Part shown: piece after piece, positions 39,401 through 51,400 of the stretch
Layout: each line of letters begins with the position of its first letter
Position numbering within the stretch: position 1 is the stretch's first letter
From: Candidatus Omnitrophota bacterium
Lineage (GTDB): Bacteria > Omnitrophota > Gorgyraeia > Velamenicoccales > JABMQK01
Direction of reading: 5' to 3'
Length of the DNA stretch: 64,000 bases
Assembly: GCA_028711115.1 (NCBI GenBank)
Contig: JAQTSV010000001.1
Coordinates: 1,496,928-1,560,927, forward strand
Translations under genes and position numbers: made by a program
Notes under the pieces: model-generated
Told to the model about the DNA's origin: nothing
Seen by the model: the letters and a program-made list of their open reading frames with translations, nothing else
Databases searched by the model: none

Positions 39401-42400
39401 CCAATCGTATCAAATCATTTCCTAATAATAAATACCTATCCACTAAGGATAAATTCTTTATTTCTTTATCAGAAAAACCCTTAGCATATAAATATGAGTT
39501 TTCATAAAGCAAGCTTGTTCTCGCAACTAGGAGCATACTTTCTAAATCAGTCAAACCCCCGAAAGAATATCCAGCCCCTGATAAATTTTTATGAATATTA
39601 TCTTGAGCGGGCCTTATTTCCGGGCAGCAATCAAATAATGAGGCATCTCCATAATCTCCCACAAAAATATTAAATACCACTCTTTTTTCTGGCGATATTT
39701 CCACACAGTGCCTGAGTTTTGCCATAATATCTGTAATATCCAACCCAACCACTCTGGGATATAAGAAGGAATATCTTATATGGGACTCATAACTCTTCAT
39801 CGGCGAGCTGGAGGAAGAACTGCCGCTGATTATCTCGCCTGCTTGGCGAACCACGTCATACGGCTGTCGGCTGGTTGTATCTATGAAAGTAATTGTTAAT
39901 CCCTCATATACGCGCTGGGCAAGATCAGCCATTCCTGTTTTATCGTCTAACTTGCTGACAGCCTCTGGCTTCATTTTTCTTCTGCTTGCCCTGACTTCGG
40001 GGCTGGCGGTTAACATTATATTTAAGTCCGCTTCTTCCCAGGGCTTTGTGCTCTTTATAATTACACCGTTAAACGCGCCGCTTGTTTTTACCTTCTCGGC
40101 TAATTCTATTACCAGGCTTTTTACCACAGTTGCAACGCTGGCGAGATTGGCAAACTTATAAAAGAGTAAAGTCATTCCTTCATTTTCGGCAATTTCCCTC
40201 TTTATCTTCATGCTCAATGAGCTTCCGCTTTCGTCAACCACTGCGGTATCATTGCCGTCTATAGTCAAAGGCTCAGAGCTCAAATCAAGCCTCCTGTCAA
40301 CCAAAAGGAATTTCTCTACATATCTGGCTATCCCTGTTTCAATTTCAGGATCATTTATGTTATCGGTATTTATTTTCTTAAATAATTCTGATTCCTTGGC
40401 AAAATAGTAAAATAACACCCTGGCAATAAAACCAAAATTAAGATACCGCAGGCCGTATTCGGCAGCCAAAGCCTTTGCGGCTATCCTTCTGCCTGACGCC
40501 ATAAGCCCGCAGGCGACAAATAACCTGCCTTTTTCAAAACCCTGCGGCAATGTTACGCCTGTTTTGGTGGGAATGCCATTGACCGGTAAACTCAACCTCA
40601 TAGTAAATCTTTTTGCCTTATCGCATGTTGCCTCTACTGTGCCTGCCACGTCTTCAAAATCCTGTTTTAACGCAGCCAGGCCGTAGTGGTAAGATTTTAT
40701 TCCGCGCGCATCTTTGCCTTGCTTTGCAGGAATAAATATTTCGTCTAATTCGCCTTTGCTCATAAATTCTTCGGCTAAATTGCTTACGCTTATCCATATC
40801 CTTCCGAATTTAATTCTTGCATTTATGGTTATTATTTTCTTGCCAGATTTATTTTCTGCGCAATGTTTCATAGCATTTAAAATTACCTCTTCGAGTTTTA
40901 TGGATAATATATCTACGTATGTGAATAAATTCTCATCCAATACGCTGGGTTCAATGCGGACATTAAATTCTATATTGTAGTCTTTGACAAGTTGGTGTTG
41001 TTTGAATTTGTTTATTATGCCTTTTATAAGCCCTCTTATGTTTACAGTTCTAGTTGTGAACCCAAGCCAAACAAAAGAAATCTCTTTAATCATAGTTATA
41101 GTTCTTTCAGTTTCTTCCCTGAATATATCCAGCATTCTTTCTTTTATATTGGCTCTTTCTTTGTTTGCCTCGATCCACTTCAACAATTCCATCTGCGCAA
41201 CAGAAAATACTTGAAGATTATTTTGTAAATAAGCCAATGCGGCCTCGGGGTGTATTGCGCCACCTAAAGCGTCCAACACTTGATCTTCTATCGCCTTATA
41301 GACATCGATAAATTCTTTCAATACGGATTCTTCTTCCGGAATTGCTCTGCTGAATGCGCCTAATGTAATCATGCCAACTGCCTGAAGCGGCTGCTTTATG
41401 TCGTGCAATAAATCTCTTAGCCTCTGTTCTTCCTTTATGGGGCTGGAAGCATTGTGTAATAATTCTATCCATTCCTCGTCCATCCAATCAAACGGCTCCT
41501 TAATTCCTAATTTAGCGATTAACTCTTTCTTGCTCTCTGTGGTTAACATATTGAGATGGCCATCTATAAGCCCTTCGTGAGAAATCATTACTTCACCGAC
41601 CTTGGCAACAGTTCTCGCATGCGAAACAAGCCCTGCTTTTTCTAACTTATCGTAATCAAAACTTATTATTATAGGCTGACTGCAACGGATTAAATCAAAA
41701 CCCTTACTAAAATTATCCGGAGAAAGGTAGTCGGCAACTTCTATTCTATCAAAACCGCCGCTCCCTTCTTCCACATAAGGCATGACTAAATCTCTTGCGT
41801 GCATTGCGGCAAAATCTTTGTTGGTACTGATTGGAATGCGGCCTTTATAAATCTTTCCATCTAAGAGAAGCGATCTCTGTAAAATAGGCGCTATCGTTCC
41901 ATGGTAGTATATCGGCGAGGAGGAATTGTCGCCATCCTGGCGCTCGACTTTCATTCTGAACCTATAATCCATGGCTCTCTTCTCTACTTTTAATGCTGCA
42001 ATTACATTCTCAATACCGCGATTAATTCGGGAAAGCAGATTTTCTAATCTTTCATTGATTACAGCATCATTAATTTCATTCTGCCTTACCAAACTAATGG
42101 CTTTGCTATGTAATCCGAGCGCCTGTTCGTATAAACTTAAAGCCCTTTCGTATTCAGCGCTGTCTAATTCCTGTTTAATGGCATCCTCGAGGATACTTTC
42201 TATTTCTTCTATCAACTTTTCAGTAGCTGCTAAAGGAGCTATAACGGCAAGGCCGCTGGCAATCCTTTGCTCTAACAATAAAACGCCTGTGGCATCCTCG
42301 CCCAAAACGCTAATCCTTGCCTGCGCCCTTTTATATAAAGTCTCCGCTTGCCTGTATTTTTTATCTTTCTGCAATTTTTCTGCCCTGACAGTATCGGCCA

Positions 42401-45400
42401 TTATTCTTCCTAAAACCAAACGGCGCCTATCGCGGCCGGGGTATTTTCTGAAATTTAATATTCTTTGCTGTATTAACGGATGCGAAATAAGATGCCTTAA
42501 GACAATAACTGTATCCTCTCTCGTAAATTCAGATTGATCCTTTAAAGCTTCATATCTTAAATCACCAACCTCGACTATATATAACAGAGCCGCTAATCTT
42601 TCTCTGATTTTTACACCGTTTTCGCCATCAACAGTCCTCCACCAATCCTTAAATAATCCCTCCTGGATATCCGGTAGGTGAGAATAATCTTCTACAATGG
42701 CATTCCATAAAACTCTATCTGACGAATAGCTCTCCATTAATATGCCCCTTACTGCGGAATCTGTTAATCTAGCCTGCTTAGCCATAAGCCCTTGAGCCTT
42801 CTGTCTGTTGGTTCTATATTCAATAACCTTGGCTGCGATATAGGGAATTTCGGCAAAATTTCTAAGATAAAGCAGTGTTTCACGCCTATGAGTCGACATA
42901 TCAGCACTACCTGCTACTTCCTGTCTTTCTAAGGCAATGTCGTTAATAAATTCGCCTTCGGCAATCCTTCTGAGTACTATACTTGCATCCGAAATTAATT
43001 TTAGTTGATCGTGGTAACGGCTGGGATTTATAGCTGCGGGAAATAGATTAATCCAACGCACAAGTTTTTCTCTTTCCGCCTCATCTTTATTCATCCAATA
43101 CAAAACCCAGGCTATATTAGTCCAATCGCCATCCTGCAGCTGTTCTACATATTGCGTTTCTCCTTCAAACAAAGAGACAGCTTCCTGGTATAAGCCAAGA
43201 ACTTCTTTATTTTCGGATAAAATACAATTTATCATTTCATCTAATGCCTTGTTAAATCGCGGCTTGCTTGTTTTAATTTCATAAGGCAATATGCTAAAAC
43301 TTATATCGCGTAAATTAACGATTCCTGAAATAATCCTATATTTATATTCATCCGCAGTAAATAAGGCTTCTGCTGCTTTGAATAACTCAGGGTAGCGCTC
43401 AGACAATATCCTTAAAAGCCACATCATGCGGTATCTCTTAAGTTTTTCATCTGTAACTTTCAAAGGCGAGGAGCAAGATAATCTGAAATCCGAAGGTAAA
43501 TTTTCGTAAAGCTTATAAGGCGCGGTGCGGCGCACAAAGCCATCAGTATCCAGTGCATACCCATGACGCTCAAAAAGTCTTTTATGCTTTTCTGTCGGTT
43601 TAACCTGTGCTGCATGAAAACCTGCCAGATACATCCAAATCTCTACGATATTTTCAATTCCTCTTAAGTCAACGCCGCGCAGATTAACCCGCTCTAAAAC
43701 AATGCTATAAAATACCTGAATTTCTTTTAATATGGCTGCTATCTCCCCAGGCTCTTTTAACAACCCAACAATCCCTGCGTCGCCTATCCCGTATATTCTT
43801 AAAAAGGCGCTGAGCACGTCTACAAAATTTGAGTAGCGTTTTGATAAGAAAATCCTGCTGCTTGGGTCATCTGCGTGATGCAGCTTTAAAACCATCCCCT
43901 TAATATTTCCATCATCAATAAATACATCATTAATAATAATAAAATTCGTAAGACCAAACCTGCCCAAATCTCCACGGAACCCTTTTCCTATTGCATAGAC
44001 AAGGCCCGGAATAGGCTCATTATTTCCGAAACAAATTAGATTATCCTTAAAGATTGTGGTTGATATACCCTGGGGATGTGACCATTTTAAATGTCCGTCT
44101 TCATAACATAAGACATATGAAGAATTGCCCAATAAAGACTCTATATGGCGGTCTTCGCAATCCTGGCAAGTACCTTCTCCCGGCCGCAATAAACTACTTT
44201 CAATTTTGCCTTCTGGGCCTAAGTAAATTCTCCGCGGATACTCATTTTCTGCCCGTTCATCCAAAAGCCCTAATACCAGCCTTGTCATTTCTTTAGCATG
44301 TTCTGAAACTTCCACCGGCGAGCTGGAGCATGGCAAGAATTCGCTTACAGATCTGAGGTCTTTCGGCATTAGCGACTCGGTGACATAAAGACCTTCTTCT
44401 TTTAATTTAACAGGCAATCTAACGGTAACTACAACACCTTTATTTTCATCACGACGATTGCCGATTTTAACACTGCCGCCTAATTCTTTTACAAAAATAC
44501 GATAAACAAAAATAAGACCGAGCCCTGTGCTTGGATATTCTCTTACGCTAAGTCCGGGCAGGAAAAGCAATGAGGGAACCTCTTCTTCGCTTAAACTTCT
44601 AATTTGCTCTTCAGGTATAAGCCTTTCTTCTATAGCAGCTTTAATGACTTTTTCATTATCAATCTGTTTGCCGTCATCTTTAAACGTTAATTCAATTTGC
44701 AAATTATCTTTGTCATCAATCAGATTCAAGTCGATTTCAAGGCAAGTAGTATTTTTATCCCCCCAGAATGCGTTCGCTACCAATTCCGCTATGACATCTC
44801 TAATCGTAGCTTCGCCTATGCCAACCTGGAAACCCGATATGCGTTCATCAATAAACAATTTTATTCCATTATAATGTTGTTCTACGGCTTTTAAGAAATC
44901 GTCTAAATATGCTGTATTTAAATATTCATAAAAACCTTCTGCTATTATCCTTCTGGTTTTAGCTTCAGATGGTCCTATTTTTATCTTTATTATAAGAGCG
45001 GTAATGACTAACAAAATATTTAGCGACAACGCTGCGGTTAAGAAATAAGTAGCCGGCAATGAAATCGAAAGCACATCGGCAATATGCGAAAATACGCTGG
45101 TTAGCGGCGAGCTGGAAAATTTAATACCAGGCCCTTCTGAGATAATCTGGCGCTCGAGGGGCGAGCTGACAGACTCAAGGCTATGTTTAATTCTGCCTAG
45201 GGTTCCCAAAAGGACCTGGCTTTTCGCAAAAAGATTCCAGAACCTGCCACGGTAGGTGGAATCTTGCGAAACAAATCTATTATTTAAGGTAATTGATTTA
45301 TTAAGATTTGATATTTGACTAATTGGGCTGGAGGAATTTGAATTGATTTCCTGACGGCTTGCCTCAATTGCGGAGGAGACGAGGCGGCCGCCTGGAATCA

Positions 45401-48400
45401 CGCCTTCGCTTCTGGGGCTCAATCCTGTTTCTGCCAGATAATCAATTATAGGATTATGGCTTAGCGGCGAGGAAGAAACGGTAACTCTTACATCATCATA
45501 ACCATAATCGCGCATCCAGTGATAAATTTCCAAATCCTGATCAATCTCTTTCATGCCAACCACGGATGCCCTTGCGGTGAGGCCGTATTGATTTTCTCCT
45601 GACAGAGGCGCGGGTAACTCCACTGTTGCAGTATAAACTCTCTGATTACCCTTTGCCGCGGATAAATACATATCTTTTATATCCCATGGCGAGCCGTAAA
45701 TACCATAGTGCAGTTCTACTTTCAGCCTTTCCGGCTCCAAATCTGAATCGACACAGATACGGACTTTATACATAGACTGCGTTTCTGCGATTTTAACACG
45801 GGTTAATCTGTGCATGCCGAAAATCCTGGCATCCTGCCTTATAAAATCGAAAACCCTGTCATAGTCTCTTACCATGCGCGTAATTGTCACTCTTTCATTC
45901 GCCATTAAATAGGACTGGAGCATCATCTCAAGTAGCCTGGGATTACCTGTCTCTCTATGCGCGTAATAAATTTCGGAGGCCTCCTGTAAATATTCGGCCA
46001 ACAGCTCCTGCGCTTTCTTTCTGAAAAATTCCACAATTTCTTCTTTCTGCGGAAATCCATCTTTTAGCTGCATTAATTTTACAATATCTTCAAACAAATA
46101 TTTGCTTCCTGCGAATACATCCATAAGCCAGCCATTGACGCGGTGTATTATATATTCCAACGGACCTGCTGTGAATGTGGCAATATTGAGTCCGCCGCCA
46201 AATGCCGGTCTTTGATCACTGGTACCAGCGGCTTCTCTGGTTGTACGCGGCATACTTACCCACACATTGCTTGCCTGCGTAGCAAGTTTCATTATTTCAG
46301 TTCCTGAGCCGGCAATAAAAATGAACTTTCCTCTGAGCGTTTCATCTTGCGCTATTTCTTTAAATTTCGCAACCCATTCCCTGCCGACCTTATCTCTTCC
46401 CACGCCGCCTACTAAAAGATTCATCCCCAGACCATTTTTCATTCCCCACGGCGTTTCATATTCTCTGTCTCTGTCTCCGGTAATCCAATGTATAAGTCCA
46501 AAAAGAATCCTCTGCTCCTTATAGGCCACGAACCTTCTTACAAGGCCGACTAACGGCCTTCCTAAATCAGAAAAACCATAGCCTACTGCTCGCTCAAGGT
46601 ATTCGTTTAATACCGGTTTTGCAGCTTCCCTTATAATAAATAAATCTTCGCCGGTTATATTTTCACCGCGGGACTTGCGCTCTCTTTCTTTTTCCTGTAA
46701 TTGCCTGCTCTTCCAGATTTTGGGGTCAGAACCGTTAAGTATGCCAATAATCTTTCTGGCAAATTCCGGCAATATCGCTAACTTAGTCACTTTCTTGTGT
46801 TCCTGCGATACACAATTTATAATAACAGCGCGCTCTGCCAGTCTTCTTGCCATATCAACTCTGTTATCGCGCACAATCCAATCAGGAACCATATCTTTTC
46901 CGATATATTCTTTAAGCCAAGCGATATTATCATATACAGGCAAGGCAGCTGCTTCCGGCGTATGCGAAGTTAATTCGACCTTTGTATTTATGTAAATACT
47001 TTTTTCTCCTTTGCCCTTAAAGTAATCGATGTCATTCTGCATAGCCACCAACGCAAATAACAGCTGCGGTTCATTTAGCCTTAAAATATCGGGAGCAACG
47101 CCAAAATATTTGAATAATTCCACATAAACCCTGCCTATAAATGCGAACTGAATAGCCCTATCCGGCTCTTCAGGATACATTACTTTGAATATGAAAGGTT
47201 CATAGGCCAATAATACAGGAGCTCCGTCTCTTTCCCCGATATAGAAATATACAGTATAATTGCAGCCGTTAAATGCCACGTTTATTTTTAACTGTTGGTC
47301 TCTGTCTTTTACTCTGACCATTAAAGGATTAACGCCTTCCTGCTTATTCCAATCAATTAAGTGCAAATTTCCATCGGGGTCTTTATAATGGGCATAACAA
47401 ATCATAAGCCCTAAGGCATTAACGCCTATCTGGCCATACCCGCCGAAAGTCTCTCCTGCCAGAAAACCTAATCCGCCGCTGGCCAAGGCCTGCTGCGCTA
47501 TGGGATTGGTGATTTCAGGCAGGAACGCCTCAAGTGTTACATCCGCCACAAATCTGCCGCTTTCTAATATTCTGGTTAAATTTTCATTTGTTAATACAAT
47601 TTTTTCTGATATCGGACTGGAGGATTGCACCTTTTCCACATATACCATTCTTAGGATTCTTTCTCCGCCAACAGAAACAATCTTAAGGCGGCGGGCTGAA
47701 CCCAGCTTCTGCCAATCCCTGTTTGCTTCTTTAGCCAATTTTATTAGTTCTTTCAAAGTCAAACCAGGAATATTAACCAGTTCTCTTAATCTATCTAATG
47801 AGAAATCCAATAATTCTATCTCCAGCGAACCAGAAGGAAGTTCAATATCTGAAGTATTCAGTTCTATCATTGTCTCTAACGCCAGTATTCTATTGGAAAG
47901 CTCATCCGGCCTGAAAATTCTTGCTATTTGCGCCAGTCGCTTTGCACCAATCCATTTCTGCGCCATAACCATATTTACAGTGAGGCGTTGTTTCTTTGAC
48001 TGCGAAATTATCAGTGAACGCAATGCCTTCTTTGCTCCGGGAGTCAGGGGCAATGAATCTATTTCTTCAACGGTTATGAGATTTATGTCCAATGGATACT
48101 TTTTAAAATATCTTATCTTAATACAATCGTTTATCTTCTGCAGCGCCTTTTCTTCAGTTTGGCTTACTGCTTCTCTTGTCATTTCATAACCTTTTTGCTG
48201 CCCAATCTCTTCTAAAGTATGAATAATACCATCCCTTGTGCCGTTTCTTAACTCCAGCACTTCTATTTCGCGCTGGCTTAATTCTGTAAGTTCGGTGGCC
48301 ATTTCAATGAGTTTACGATAATCTTCAGGATAATTTTCAGATAATAGTTTTAACGTAAGCGAATCAACTGTGGCAAGGGCGCTTATGCGTATCGCCTTTA

Positions 48401-51400
48401 CAATAGAAGCTATTTTTTGTGCATCTGTATCTGATTCTATCGGCGAGGAAGAATCCTGTTGCACAGCTGGGAATGTCCTGTAAGGAATAGCGTATCTTCT
48501 CTGTCCTTCGTCAAAAGGTATTTCTGTGACAGGGAACTGATATCTAAAGGTTTCTTTGTTGGCTGTGGCCCTTATTCCTGCCTTCAAATATAAAGGCATA
48601 TCTTTTATCGCCTCGTACACTTCTTCTAATAATTGTTCTGACGCTAATGCTTCTCTATTAGACAGGCGCAGCAGTAAATCTGTACTCAAAAATGCTGTTA
48701 AAATAGTTTTGGCTCTTTCAAGGCCGGGGAATTCTATAATTCCTCTGGCATTAATATCTAATGCTATGCCTATATTATTCAATAATTCTATCTGCCGGGG
48801 AGTTAGTCCTTTTATATCGTAGTTATATGGCTGGCCTCCATATAACAATTTTACAATCGGCTTGTGGCAATCTTCTGTCAATGCCAATATCAGATAATTG
48901 ACAAAAGCCCTGAATTCTTTCGATTGAGCACCTTTTCCAAACACCTTGTTTACACTCTGCCACAGAGATAAATCCCTCACGGAAAATTCTATACTGCCGT
49001 CTGCCTGGAATATAAATTCTACAGCATCGGGGCATTCATAATGTGGTATATCAATACCTTTTTCTAGTAAAAACTTCCTTGCCCTGCCTTCTTTCCAGAC
49101 AATTGCAAAATCTGAACACGACAACTCTACTCCGCTTTTTCTAAACATCTCCTGAATTTCTGACCAAAGCTCAGCCGTAGCCGTGTGGAGATGAGCAAAA
49201 TATCCGGCGGCGAAAACACGGATTCTTATATCTTTACGGATTAACGTTCTAATCACATTTACATATTGCTCTTTATAAATGGCTTTTGCTTTCTCTACGT
49301 CCCTTAGCGTTATTGGATAATAAAGATGAAAACTTAATTCTATGTTCATATCATAAGGCAAATTGGCTATGCGTTCTGCTGCGCGCTGGCTTATGAGAAA
49401 ATTCTTTCTCCACCCCTGCGTAATAATATTTATTTTAAAGTTGGCTCGATGAAGACTTTCTACCACATCCGCTAAGTCCGCATCCAATACTTCATCATAA
49501 TAATCAAAAGCGTCATTTGCATCATGAAGCAAAATATCGTAACAACGTCTTTCTTTCATTTTCTCTATCATCTTCAAAACAAAAGGATAAGGCATGCTAA
49601 TAGCCTTACCTTTAGCATCTACAAAACAAAATAAACATCCCCTGGGGCATCCCTTTGTTATTGCTAATACAGTATACCTATTACCACCTAATGACACGAC
49701 TTTAAAGAATGCCTCTTGTACGGCATCTGGTATAGAAGCCATAACATCCACAAAAAGCTCTAAATCCAAATCTGTCTTTGAGACGACTGAAACAATCAGT
49801 TTTTGTCTTTCATCTGTTATGTCTTGAGCGCTTAAGCCTTCTGTCTGCCACTTTATAAATTGCGCTAATAAGTCCTTTCCTCTCTGGCTTAATATATTCT
49901 TCTTATCGTATGCGCTTAAAATACGGATTCCTTCGCTGAGTTGTTTCAAAGAAGAATCTTCCAGCGGCGAGGAGGAACGAAGCGACGACGAAGCCTCGCC
50001 AATTTCTGTGGCGGGCGATGAGGAAGAGGGGTCAGAAAGATTTAAAAATGAAGAAGCATCATCATAAAGCTTATAAGGTGCGGCGCGCTGCACAAAACCA
50101 TTTGCGTCTACTGCATACCCATAGCGCTCAAAAAGCTGCCTATGCTCATCTGTGGCTTTAATCTGCGCTGCGTGAAAACCTACCAAGTACATCCATATCT
50201 CTACGATACTTTCAATTTCTCTTAAATCCACACCTCTCAAACTAACCCTCTCCAGGACGCTCTGATAAAATATCTGGATATCTCTTAGTACTTCTGCAAT
50301 ATCCTCGGGGTGTCGTAGCAATTCCACAAGCCCTGCCACATCTTTATCATTTATACCATGTATTTCTAAAAATGCGCTAAGCACATCTACAAAATTTGAG
50401 TGGCGTTTTGCTATGAAAACGGTGCGCTCGGCGGGATATTCTGGCTTATGCAATCTAAAAATCATTCCTTTAATATTTCTGCCGTCAACAAATACATCAT
50501 TAATAATGATTAAATTAATAAGGCCGTGTTTCTCTACGTCTCTATAAACGCCTTTTCCTATTGCATAGACCAATCCGGGGATTGGGTCGTTGTTCCTAAA
50601 ACTAATCAGGCGATGTTCAAAATTTGCGACACCCATAACATCGCGCTGCGACCACTTTAAACGCCCGTCTTCATAACACAAAACAAATGACGAATCGTCT
50701 ATAAGCGATTGGGCATGGCGATTTTCGCAATCTGGACACACATTTACTCCTGGTTCCAAAAAGCTCTTGTCAACTTTACCGGTTGGGCCTAAGTAAATTC
50801 TTCTTGGAAATGCTTGTTCTGCCCGGCTATCTAAAATCTGCAATGCCTCCATTATCCTTTTATCAACTGACTCTTCCAGCGGCGAGCTGGAAACAAATAA
50901 ATAACTACCAGGCCCTTTTGAGCGCTTATCTTTGAGGGGCAAAGATAAGCCATCATCTTGGGTTCCCAAAAGGACCTGGTTTGCAAAGTCTCCATTACCT
51001 GCCACGGTAGGATGGAAACTTCGCGAAAATCTATCTGTATTGCTGACCGGCGAGCTGCCAGTTGTTTTTCCTGATTTTATTATTTGGGCGGGAGATTGTA
51101 ATCTATATGACTTATGTTTTAAACTATCCACTTCTGTTACTAAAGCCAAGCACTCTTTTTCTAATCTTTGAATATCTCTTTTAAAATCGACCACTTCAGG
51201 GGCTCTTTCAATATCATCAATGATTCGCTGTTTGCACACTTCTATTTCTTGTTCTAATTGTTCTATGCGTTCCCTGGCATATGCACTATTGTTCTTTGAT
51301 GTTTTTAATTGATTTAATCTTTGCCTTATCTTTGGTAATTCACGTTGATATTTTTTATTGCTTTCTCTTATGTTAGCTCTTGCGCCTTCTAAGCCAGCCC

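Noticed and set aside
47500-48189. The longest plus-strand track ORFs (47500-48189, 41971-42537, 59476-60009, 30832-31356, 57298-57699, 57844-58218) as real genes.
   Set aside because: They are low-complexity Ser/Leu/Ile/Phe-rich translations, typical of the antisense strand of an AT-rich coding region. They carry no recognisable motifs and lie entirely inside well-supported minus-strand modules.
1306-51035. The three element copies as a diversity-generating-retroelement template/variable repeat set, or as a retron ncRNA.
   Set aside because: Differences between copies are not confined to adenine positions but are paired compensatory changes and indels. No reverse-transcriptase-like module was seen in the window.
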